Source of the DNA: Pecten maximus | Lineage: Eukaryota | DNA length: 64,000 nt | Assembly: GCF_902652985.1 (NCBI RefSeq) | Contig: NC_047015.1 | Span: forward strand, 20,522,001-20,586,000 | Reading direction: 5' to 3' | Shown here: positions 36,773 through 48,700 of the stretch, piece after piece | How positions within the stretch are numbered: the stretch's first letter is position 1 | How the letters are laid out: every line of letters begins with the position of its first letter | Program-made: the position numbers and the translations under genes | The notes under the pieces: model-generated | What the model was told of the DNA's origin: nothing | What the model saw: only the letters and a program-made list of their open reading frames with translations | Database searches by the model: none

Positions 36773-39700
36773 ATGGCTGGCGGTAAGTAGCATTGTCTAT
36801 TGTATACATGGTTTCATAGTTTGTCCATGTTCTATACGTGACTAGGGAATTCGGATGTACTTCTTATTATGTATTTAATTATCAAACTACTAATTATCTT
36901 GTTATAATGGGGAAAAAACATAAAGGTGTCTAGATAGAAACATAGGAACACAAATCAAACCGTGACGACTTTCCTTAGATTAACAGGACAGTTAATTACA
37001 CAAGTGTGAAACAACACAACAACAGTATTCTACAAGACTGAAGTAGAGCTGAAATGTACTATATTGTTTCGCACTGACGATTACTTTCACATCTCCACAC
37101 TAGAATACATAAATGTATTGGCACGCAGGGGTTAACCTTCGATGGGGAAGTAGCCGAAATTTTGCAGGTTTTTGTTTTTGGCTTGTTGTTTTTTGTTCAA
37201 TCTTAGGATATATTTGTTTTTATAGTGACCTCTCAAGAGATGATATTTCCTACGTTTTAATACTGTCACAATAAAGCCTTCATTAACATCCTGAAACAAT
37301 TAAACACAGACATTTTAATTTGCTATTGCTATGACCATTTCATGTACATGTAACTGGAAATTTAAAAACTTATATAACTTATATACCAAATAACGACTGA
37401 TGAATGTTTATTTCGCTCGTCTTATATAACCAATTATTATTGGTAAATGTTTATTTCTTCCGTCTTATATAATCAATTACGATTGATAAATGTTTATTTC
37501 TTCCGTCTTATATAACCAAATGCGATTGATCAATGGTTATTTCTCTCGTCTTATATAACCAATTACGATGGGTAAATGTTTATTTTTTTCGTCTTGTATA
37601 ACAACTTACGATTGATAGATGGTTATTTCTCTCGTCTTATATAACCAATTACGATTGGTTATATAACCAATTACGATTGAGGAATATTTATTTCTCTCGT
37701 CTTATATAACCAATTACGATTGGTTATAAAACCAATTACGATTGAGGAATATTTATTTCTCTCGTCTTATATAACCAATTACGATTGGTTATAAAACCAA
37801 TTACGATTGAGGAATATTTATTTCTCTCGTCTTATATAACCAATTATAACCAATTACGATTGGTTATATAACCAATTACGATTAAGGAATGTTTATTTCT
37901 CTCGTCTTATATAACCAATTGCGATTGATAAATATTTATTTCACTCGTCTTATATAACCAATTACGATTGATAAATGATTATTTCACTCGTCTTATATAA
38001 CCAATTACGATCGGTAAATGATTATTTCACTCGTCTTATATAACCAATTACGATTAAGGAATATTTACGTCTCTCGTCTTATATAACCAATCACGATTGA
38101 TAAATGATGATTTCTCTCGTCTTATAATCAATTACGATTGATAAATGATTATTTCTTTCGCCTTGTATAACAAATTACGATTGGTTATATAACCAATTAC
38201 GATTGAGGAATATTTATTTATCTCGTCTTGTATAACAAATTACGATTGATAAATGTTTATTTCTCTCGTCTTATAACCAATTACACGAAACATTGTCTTG
38301 ATTTTCTAATGAAAGACTGAATTATTAGGTATACTCGACGCTGCATTTTTTTTTTTTTTTTTTTTTAGCAATGTCAGCACATGTCTCAACTTTCGTGAGG
38401 TCGTAACCAGTTTGATAATGATACAAAGTGTGTCTTCATGAAATTTAAAAACAAATATGTAAGCATTGAACAAAATTACTATATTGTATTTTAGGGAAAT
38501 GTATAAATGATTAATTGGGTTTTTTTAGTTTCGTAGAATTTTAAAAGGAATTGGCAAATAGCATTAGATGGATATGTTAACGCCGGACATGGCCTTATTG
38601 ATGCCATACCCATACAGGTAATGTATTAGTTGTGTTACTGGGGGTATTTACAATATTTGATTATTAGTCTTCGTCGTCTTCTTTGTTCTCGTCGTCGTCG
38701 TCGTAGTGATGGTGATAGCAGTGTTTATGTTATTGTTGCTGCTGCTGATGTTGATCCTCTCTCCCTACAGATATGTCGACCTCGGCTGGGCTTACGGCGA
38801 TAAGTGGACATTTTAACGGATCCTTACTTCCAATCATTGGTTGGAATGGCTCTAACGATATACCAGTCCATCCTCACTGGACACAGTTTCCCACCGGTCA
38901 CACAGGAGTGGCATTACGTTATTGGTATCTACATCACTATCGTCGGCCTATTGGGGATCACGGGCAACTCCGTCGTCATCTACATCTTTAGCAAGTAAGT
39001 TGTGTCCAATGTATGTGTTTGGAGACTTCCATTGTTATATATAAAACAAGTCGTCGTTAAAATCCACACTTTGTGAAATACTGAAGTTTAGTGACCAGGA
39101 CTATACGGCAAGGTAAGACTTATCCTTGTGGTGTTTTAAACAAAATAATTACTGATTTATGACGTAATGGTCATCTCTTTAAAGGGACTATTACCTTAGA
39201 TATCAACCTCAGGAATTGAAGAATTCGGCCTTTGAATAATAAGATATACCCATAATTAAGCGATACAAGCGGCTACACCGTTAAGTTGGGTGTTTTTGTA
39301 CATATTTTCGGGGTCGGAACATTGTTTACATTGTAAACAATATCACGCTCGGTTGCTTACGGAGAGAGCCGAAAAGGTCACATGGCTTGTCACGTGACGC
39401 AGTTATTTACATCCGTCGCAAAGAAAAAATGGATTACGAGGTAAGTGTAAACAAACGCACATGTCTTCGGTATAACACATACTTTGCGCCTTTCTGCTAA
39501 TTTATGTTCGCAAATAATGATTCTATAGTGTTATAATATATAAGTTTCAAAAATTGAGCTGGGTAATTTGTGTTATTTGGGCTTTGTCGTGCGATAAATA
39601 TATATATCTATCACTGCCGTTCAACTAGTGGGGCCCAAAAAAGGGTAATTACAATCGGAACAGAAACTAGATGTATTCAGTAATTCAATAAGATTTTAGC

Positions 39701-42700
39701 TTGTTTATGACTGTTTTCTTTTCAGAAATGCACAGGTATTGATACTTTCTTTGTATACAATCATATTTGATGTTTACAATAAATTCTGCGTTAATCATTT
39801 TGGTATGAATACATGCAAGTAATAAAGAGTACTACACATGTACGTGTGACATACGACACACCAGTGTTAGGCTACATGTATGTCATTGTGAAAAGTTTAA
39901 TTGTGCAGAATAAATGCCAGAAGTAATGAGTAGGTCCGCTATGTTTCTACTTTTATGTTCCTTCTTCCTTTGATAGTTATAGAAAATTTCAATCGCTTGG
40001 GACATCAACACTATATATATATATATATGCTGGCTAATTATATATTCTGTTGTGTCATAGACTCCATCACCAGCTTCGCAAGGAACAAGTTCAAGTTTAG
40101 ACAGTCCTGTCAGAGCTAGGGGAAGAGGGCGAGGCCGTTCACGTGCTAGGGGATGAGGCATAGGTCGTAGCACTGATAGATCTAGAACTGGCACAGCACG
40201 AGGGAGAAGAGTTGGTGGAAGAGGAGCCCGTGGAAGACATCAGGGCCAGGAAAGTGACAGGGCAGAAAATGCAGCAACCAGCTTGCAAGCCAGAAGATAA
40301 ATATTGAAAGTAATTGATGTTTACTAATCGTTTAATTCACCAACCATATCAAACCATTATTATTAGAAACAACATTTAGCCGTTCTAAACTTTGCTTTTA
40401 CAGCGATTTTACATTTCTGGGTATTGAATACATATATAACACTTTTTCATTTATTTTATCTGTCCTGTGTGATCATATCATTATTCAGTAATAATTTCAA
40501 TATATTTTTTTTTTTATTTTCTGGATCCTGTACACTGTACTGTAAAAATATCATTCTGTCTCCGATTACATTATCCAATTATTTAGTATCCAAATGTAAC
40601 TATATAACCCAAATCTCTTACAGAAGTGTCATTTAAAAAGATTATTTATGTATCTATTCCAGACAAGAATTGATGAAATGTCACATGAAGAGACTAAGTA
40701 TATTTTGCATCAGACAGCACAGCAGTTTCCTTCTTTGATTTTTGACTTGGTCAAAGACAGTAGTGGAAACATTGGAGGTTACCATCCCAGACCAGATGGA
40801 AACATGTACAGTCCAGATTGGTGTTTGTGGTAACTGCAGAGAAATGCCTACACAACCAGAGAAGCTCTGCTGCAAGAAAGATCTACCAAATTGTATAACT
40901 TTGCTTCCGGTAAGATTGTCTTCAATTGTTTAACATAATAAGCAATACATGTGTAGCTAGAATTATCTCATAAAAATACACTTCTGTTTTTTATGTTATC
41001 ATTGTTGTTGAATTATTGCAGCTTATTACAGAAATGTAAAGTTTTTTAATAAGTTTGTTTTAGAAATTTACACACATTTTCCATCTTTTCCCCATCAGGA
41101 TTTCAAAGTTCTTATTTTGGACGAAGCTGTCTTGGCCCTAGCACGCCTTTACAGGCAAGACATGTTTGCTTTGCCAAATGAGGAGGACTGGAAGAAAGCC
41201 AACAGGCAATATTGCCTACAGACAATATATATTGTGGCAAGTTGGTCGTCTTGGTACTGGTGACAGACGGGTCATCCCAAGCTGTGCGGTTTGGAAAATT
41301 AGAGACGGGTTCCCTGATGAATTTGGACAGTACACTGGTTTCAAGGCATTCAGGATTGCTTTAATTGATATCATATATGTGTTATAGAAGGTATTTGTCC
41401 AATGATAAGTATGATGTAAATGATGAATTGTTGAAATATGTTCACTTATGTACCAATGTCCATGGATGTATAATGATGATGATGATGTGTCATAGATAAG
41501 TTTGTATAATCATGTTTTGAAGTGGTGATATTCACTAATGTATCTGTTATGATGATGATGATTTTAAAATACTTTACATATGTATGTGTAGATAAGAAAT
41601 GTTGAATTATAATGCATGGGAAGATTGTAAGAAATCTTGTAATTTAAATAATGTGGATGGTTACTGAAAACTTGTGTCAGTGCCAAATAAAACAACGAGC
41701 ATCCAAGAACTTGTGTCATATTTTTATTGTTAGCACCAAATAAAATCTGTAGACGAATTCACTACAAAAAAGGCTATGAATACAGATGATCATCCCCGAA
41801 CACTGTAATGTTCACATACAAAGACCATACTAAAGACACATTCCAAACTTGTGACACATACATCATATTTAGCCAGCCTGTGACACATACACCATACTTA
41901 GCAAAGTTGTGACACATACACCATACTTAGCAAAGTTGTGACACATACATTATACTTAGCAAAGTTGTGACACATACACTATACTTAGTAAAGTTGTGAC
42001 ACATACATCATACCTGTGAATATCACACCATACATACAAAATGTGTGAACAAGCCAAACTTGTGACACAATAATTGGTACATACACAATACTTTTCATAG
42101 ACATACATTTTCCATCCGACAAGTAGTAGATTAGTTTTGCACATGAATTTTGAAACATAAAACACATGTGAAACCCAAATCTTATATGGCATATACTACA
42201 AATAATAATAGCTACAAATGTAGCTGTTGTGGGCCAACACCTAACAACATCCCCACTTCCCCAATGAGGTTATTCATAGAATAATGACAGTAGCCTTGTA
42301 GCAAGTTTTGTTGAAATCTCCTAAGTGGTTAAGGAGGAGTAGCCAGCAGATTGTTGAGTCCTATTTGTGACACTAGAATCACTTGAGTCTTGACTTTTTT
42401 TCTTCTACTAATGTGGCAGTAGAAGGTGGAGTAAGGAGGGCTAAACCGCTGGAAATGTGTCTGGGATCTTAGGGCGATAACGTCTTGCTTTTATGCATTC
42501 CTTCTCTATCAAGTAGCCTCTTTTCAACTACAGCAGAAATCAGGTCACTGATGTAGCTGTATTTCTTTTTCACTTTGTAGGGCACAGCGGACCACCTTCC
42601 ACTTTTCTTGTTGTAAGTTCTGTGGTACCTTTAAACAAAAGAAAATCCTAAAAGTCATGCAATCAGTTCATCCGAACACACAGAAACAAATATATAAACC

Positions 42701-45700
42701 ATGTAAACATTGAGTATAAAGGAAGTAACAGACCAAAATAACAAGTACGATATTCAAAATATCAGTGTCTTCAGCCATTATGCCATGTACAAATAAAAAT
42801 ATAACAGGAACTACCAGAACTGGCAATATCGCAATCCTTACCTTACTGAGCCATCTGCATTTGTCTTTGTTTCTCTATCGATGTGGAAGTTGTAGTCAAG
42901 AGCTGCCAAAATGGTGCGTGCCTTGTAAACAGGCGGAGTGTAAGCAAACCTTTTGGCTGCATACATTAATATCAACTGGTGATAGTTTTCAAGTTCTGCT
43001 GTACTTCTGTAAGACAAATATAAGAAAAAATAACTTCTGTTCGAAGATTATTATGAACGTAAACATTGTCTTTTCAAATGATAAATACTAGTACATTTCA
43101 ACTCTGTTTTTTTTCCTTCTTTTAGGAATGCAATATTACAGAGTATACAGTAACGCTGTATTGATCTTTACCAATTCACAGATTTTTTCCTCAAAAATTA
43201 ATTCACATCAGATTTTAAAAGAATATTTATATACTATTCTATTTGCCCTTTTGGTATCCTTACCTAAAGTTCAGAAAGTAGTGTATTTTATCGAGGAATG
43301 GTTTGTAGAGCACAATTAACCTTCCTCAGTGTGTTGTGAGCTGTACTGCCCTTTTCCAGAGACTTTCCTACAGCTTCAACATCAGACAAGGGGCCATGTG
43401 AACATTCAGCAACTCCATCATCTGTGTATGGAATACCCCACGAATGCTCACCAACGACGTGGTGCAAAACACCTGCCCACATTCCCTGAAAGTACAAAAA
43501 GTACTTATTGCAAGTTATTGTTTACAAATATTCATTTTTTTTTTTGTATTATTGAAATGATTTTGAAGTAATACAATCTTGAATTCTTGTGCCAAATATA
43601 ATTTTATTACAGATACAAACAAGAGATCCCAGAGGGATCTTGGCGCCCACCATTGAATGATCTTCATAGGTTCCATGTCAGATTGATCTTTTCTCTACTT
43701 TTCCCTTCATTTTACTAATCTGTGCAAATTGAGACATCCCTCCAATACTTTTTAAACAAGGGAATCCTAGCTATATAAGAAATTTGAGATTTAACGATAA
43801 TGGCTGTTTGTTTGCCAGGTTGTTTTCAGGACAGACTGGTCCAAAAATGCAATACAAGGGACCAAGGGGAACCTACTTATGAAATTTGAGAAAGATCCAT
43901 TCAGTACTTTGAGAAATAGAGATAACAAACTTCAATTGTCAAAATCCAAGATGGCGGTCTGTCGGCCATATTGTTTTCCAATTGATCTCAAAATGGAATT
44001 CGCATAACGAGGCACCAAGGGGAACCTCCATATGAAATTTGAGAAAGATCCATTCAGTACATTCTCAGAAATAGCGATAACAAACTTCAATTGTCAAAAT
44101 CCAAGATGGCTGCCTGTCGGCCATATTGTTTTCCAATTGATCTCAAAATGGAATTCGCATAACGAGGCACCAAGGGGAACCTCCATATGAAATTTGAGAA
44201 AGATCCATTCAGCACTTTCTCAGAAATAGCGATAACAAACTTCAATTGTCAAAATCCAAGATGGCTGCCTGTCGGCCATGTTGTTTTCGGATTGGTTTCA
44301 AAACGGAATATGCATAACTAGGCACCAAGGGAAACCTATATATGAAATTTCAGAAAGATCCATTCAGTACTTTCTCAGAAATAGTGATAACAAACTTCAA
44401 TTGTCAAAATCCAAGATTGCTGCCTGTCGGCCATGTTGTTTTCCGATTGGTCTCAAATCGCTATATGCATAACTAGGCACCAAGGGGAACCTTCATATGA
44501 AATTTGAGAAAGATCCCTTCAGTACTTTCTCAGAAATAGCGATAACAAACTTCAATTGTCAAAATCCAAGATGGCTGCCTGTCGGCCATGTTGTTTTCAG
44601 ATTGGTCTCAAAACGCAATATGCATAACTAGGCACCAAGGGGAACCTACATATGAAATTTGAGAAAGATCCCTTCAGTACTTTCTGAGAAATAGCGATAA
44701 CAAGAATGGTTACGGACGGAGGGACGGACGGACGACGGACTAGACGGGCTAGTAATAAAGTGTCAGGACACCTTAACCACTCAGCCACCACAGCCCTTAA
44801 CCCCACAGTAATATACATCAATGAAACTTACTCAAAAGGATTTATGAAGCTGCTCGCCTCTTTGGTAGTGATATCGGCCTTCTGAATATGTTGATTCCTT
44901 CAAAATAGATATAATAAATGACATTAATTGTTTATTGTAATATTGATCGTTCTTTCTAAAAATATTACTTCTACCTACGATTCTGGACACTGCAGTTCAG
45001 AAAAATCATTTATTTCAATCATGTTTGAAATGTCTGAAGAAGAAATACAAATGTAGTATTTATATTTATATTCAGTTTGTTTATTTTTCAAAGCATTTTT
45101 CCAGTGTAATTTGTTTATCTATGTAATGTAATCTATGTAATAACACAGAAGAAAATACATATGTACATAGCAGATTCATTACTCACACATACACACACAT
45201 ACATAGAAGATTCATTACTCAAACATACACACACATACATACATGTAGCAGATTCATTATTCACAGACGACAGAGGTTTGACTATCTAAAAGATAATTCT
45301 CTTGTGAAACACTAAAATATTCTCGGAAAAGACGCAGCTCATTTTTCTTGAATGCAAAGATGGAGGTTTGTTGAGCTGAACATATGCATTGAGATCATTT
45401 TGACTTATAGATCAATATTATAGAATGTCGTCGTACTCCGAATTACAAACCAGCAATGCAAATACATACTGGTACATGTACATACTGTACTTACTGAAAA
45501 TCACTTGTGGATGGTCCAGGCAATGACATGTCTTTCCAACATTCTTGCACAAACACTCCTGACATTTCTCGACCACTAAATAAAAAGAGAACCTATATAC
45601 ACATCATGTATATAAATCTTCACTTAATTACATGATAATATATCCATTATCTAGCAACATATATACAAAAGAAACATGCTGGAATCATTATATAAATACA

Positions 45701-48700
45701 TGTGTGCATATATATACAGCTTCAAAGACCAAACAGATAGTCATCCACCTAAAATATTCATTTAAAAAAACATAAATAACACACATAAACATACAGAACA
45801 AACTTTTTAGTCATAGAATTACCAGCAGTTGGAAAACAAAACAAAAGAAATCAAATCAACACAAACTGTATAAATCGTTGATGTTGTTTATCTTGCAATT
45901 GTTTGCCCACCAACACATACATTTTATTCTTAATGTGCTTCATTGACAGTAAATGATTGATAATGCCAGTCCTAAATTTAGAATAGAAGTTATGTATCTG
46001 TATGTGTGATCGGTAATTATAACGGTCATTATACATACCATGCTACACCACATTTCCAACTGCCTCAAACTTAATCATATAAACATACCTTATAGTGACT
46101 TCACTTTCTGAACACTCTCGTGGAGGTATATATCTTCTTGCAGGTGTGGAATACATATGGATGGGGCCGGTTGAAGTGGTGGATTTATCTGATATTTTCT
46201 TAAATTCATAACTGAAATTGACAATTTCAATACCATTCATTATTTGAATATAAAACAATACTGATGTTTTTTTTTTTTTTAAATGACATTTAATTGTACT
46301 CTACTGTGTTATATATATGAAATGGTAATAATAAGGACTTTTGCTGCCATATATGATAATCATTAATGTATATGTACTACATACATATATACATGTATGA
46401 AAATCTAGATCTGCCGTCTAATGAATTTCATATGCATTTTATATTTTTTATAAACATACGTTGCACTGTTTATTATAAATGTGATGTTTATAATCACTGT
46501 CGTTTATTTTCATATCACCAGTACCGCCATATAATATCGAATAGCCCTTGTATTTATTCACCACATCAATTTTCCTAAGAACGAATACCCCCAATTGGGC
46601 CCCACTTTGCGTTCAACAACAAACACGTTGTGTCACTATTGTAAATTTATATACAATTACTATTTAACCATTACCAGATGACACTTTCAGTAGAGAAGTT
46701 CAATAACACAATCATGCTTAAACGGTGGATACCGGACTATCAATGGCAATATTGGATACGTTTATCTATTATATATACATGTACAGTAGTTATATATCTA
46801 ACATGATACCGTAGCGAATTAGCTTACCTGTCAAGAAGCAGCTTCGCTAATTTAGAATCAGTCTCCAGTGCGAGATCTTCCTTTACCTTACGCCATCTAT
46901 CTATCTCTTTGCTGATGTAGATTCTCGCCTCTCCTCTTCTCTGTTCTGATTCTTTTTTCCTTCGTTTTCTTGCACTTTCCGTCAAGTAACTTTTAGGACC
47001 TCGTCGTTTTTTCTGGTTTGCGTCCGCCATTTTGCTTTTTTCTCGGTTTACGCGCATGCGCATTTTCAGGCTACGAGCGGTAATTTATGAATTAGTTCGA
47101 GACCGAAATGTTTACCTTTTATATTTTTTAGATATATATCGTAAATGGTTGCAGTGACTTTTAATTTTTGTTATTAAGAGAAAGTGTTAGTTTTGTAACA
47201 TACTCATAGAAAATATAACGTTTTATATCCATTTCTCATAGTGTTTTCTAACCATATAGTCCCTTTAAGGTGGCTACATAAAGTGTTTTCTCCGTCGTTT
47301 GGTAGGCATGCTGACTTTTCTCTAAACCGATTTAATTCATCACACCGCAATATCAAATCAAAACACTATTCAATGCATCTATGTAGTTTGTATCTAAAAT
47401 TAGGCACGGAATCATTGATCATGTGTAAGTGTTTGATTTTCAGGATTATAAAAAACATCTATCTTTCTCACTAAGCGTTGAATCACATCGAACAATCATG
47501 AGATAATTACTTCAGATATTTACTTCAATTTGCTAAACAACAACAAACCTTACTTACTTCTGAGGCGGATTCCTTGTAAAAACTAGATACAAATATTCAT
47601 AGAAATGAATAACATTGAATCGTCAAGCTCGAGATCACATTTGTATTACGATATCATCTTCAAAAATGAAAAAAAAAAAAAAAAATAGCAGCTCTTCTGT
47701 ATTCTCTTAGAAAATAGAAAGACCTTTATTTAATTATCTGACTTATTACTAGACTAATTCTGTATACTTTGTAGATTTTTTGTATTCCGTAAGAGTTTTT
47801 AGACAGAGCATTCCATACAGCAGGGGTGTATCGAGAGCGGTACTCCTGGATATCGAATTTATTACAGAATTAGTGTTACTACATTTTATATGGTTGTTTG
47901 TCTTTGTGATATATTGGCTATTTCTGTAGACACTAAAAATATAACAATGCAATCTTCAGTCAACCGTAATCTCATAAAAATGACCTTGTTAAACCGGTAA
48001 TCACATACAAATAATGCTGATGATGATCCTCATCATCGTCGTCATCATCATAGTACATAATTAAACATCATCATCATAAACGAATCAAACACTATCATCA
48101 TTACTTCATCTACACAATCATTCCATCATCTTTATAACACCATCATCATTCTGCATTATAATCTTCATCAACATCATAACATCATCATTATACATCATCA
48201 TCATATTCGCTCAAATAAATTATATGTATGCAAAGTACATGTTCATACACACAGCACATGCGCACACACCATCACGAACACACACTCAACAAACATACGC
48301 ACACACAAACTTTCAAACACACGCTTACATACACAATTATTTTTTACATGAAAACAGAAAAAAAGCAGAGAAAAGAAGGGAGAGAGAGAGAGGAGAGGGG
48401 GAGGGAGATTCAAAAATAGTGATGTAGATATCAAGATAAAATAATTTAATTTGAAAGTTGCTTTACGAAAATTGAACATGTAGATTCGACACTGGCATAA
48501 AGAAAATATTCAGTTTAATTCTAATAATGGCATCCATTTCTTCCAGAGGGCCGCGGTGGCCGAGTGGTTAAGGCGTCCCGACACTTTATCACTAGCCCTC
48601 CACCACTGGGTTGCGAGTTCGAAACCTACGTGGGGCAGTTGCCAGGTACTGACCGTAGGCCGGTGGTTTTTCTCCGGGTACTCCGGCTTTCCTCCACCTC

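Larger units (their letters stand above)
42379..47030 (-). pseudogene. Kolobok transposase pseudogene (N- and C-terminal exons present, catalytic core apparently deleted)
   Basis: N-terminal exon 46828-47030 ([32 protein letters not shown]); C-terminal exons ~43264-43487 ([20 protein letters not shown]), ~42845-43007 ([34 protein letters not shown]), 42379-42629 (in-frame stop). No DDE-core exon seen. Confidence 0.8.
39183..47264. mobile_element. Kolobok-superfamily DNA transposon (internally deleted, decayed) in opsin intron 2
   Basis: TTAA on both sides (39179-39182, 47265-47268); termini AGGGACTAT....TTAGA and its reverse complement; convergent KolX-like and transposase-like genes inside. 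Confidence 0.88.

Noticed and set aside
13136-38892. Programmed frameshifting shared by the three host genes
   Set aside because: No common slippery motif or downstream structure; sequencing error or null alleles are simpler.
48546-48630. tRNA gene
   Set aside because: It is the tRNA-derived head of a SINE with central domain, tail and TSD.
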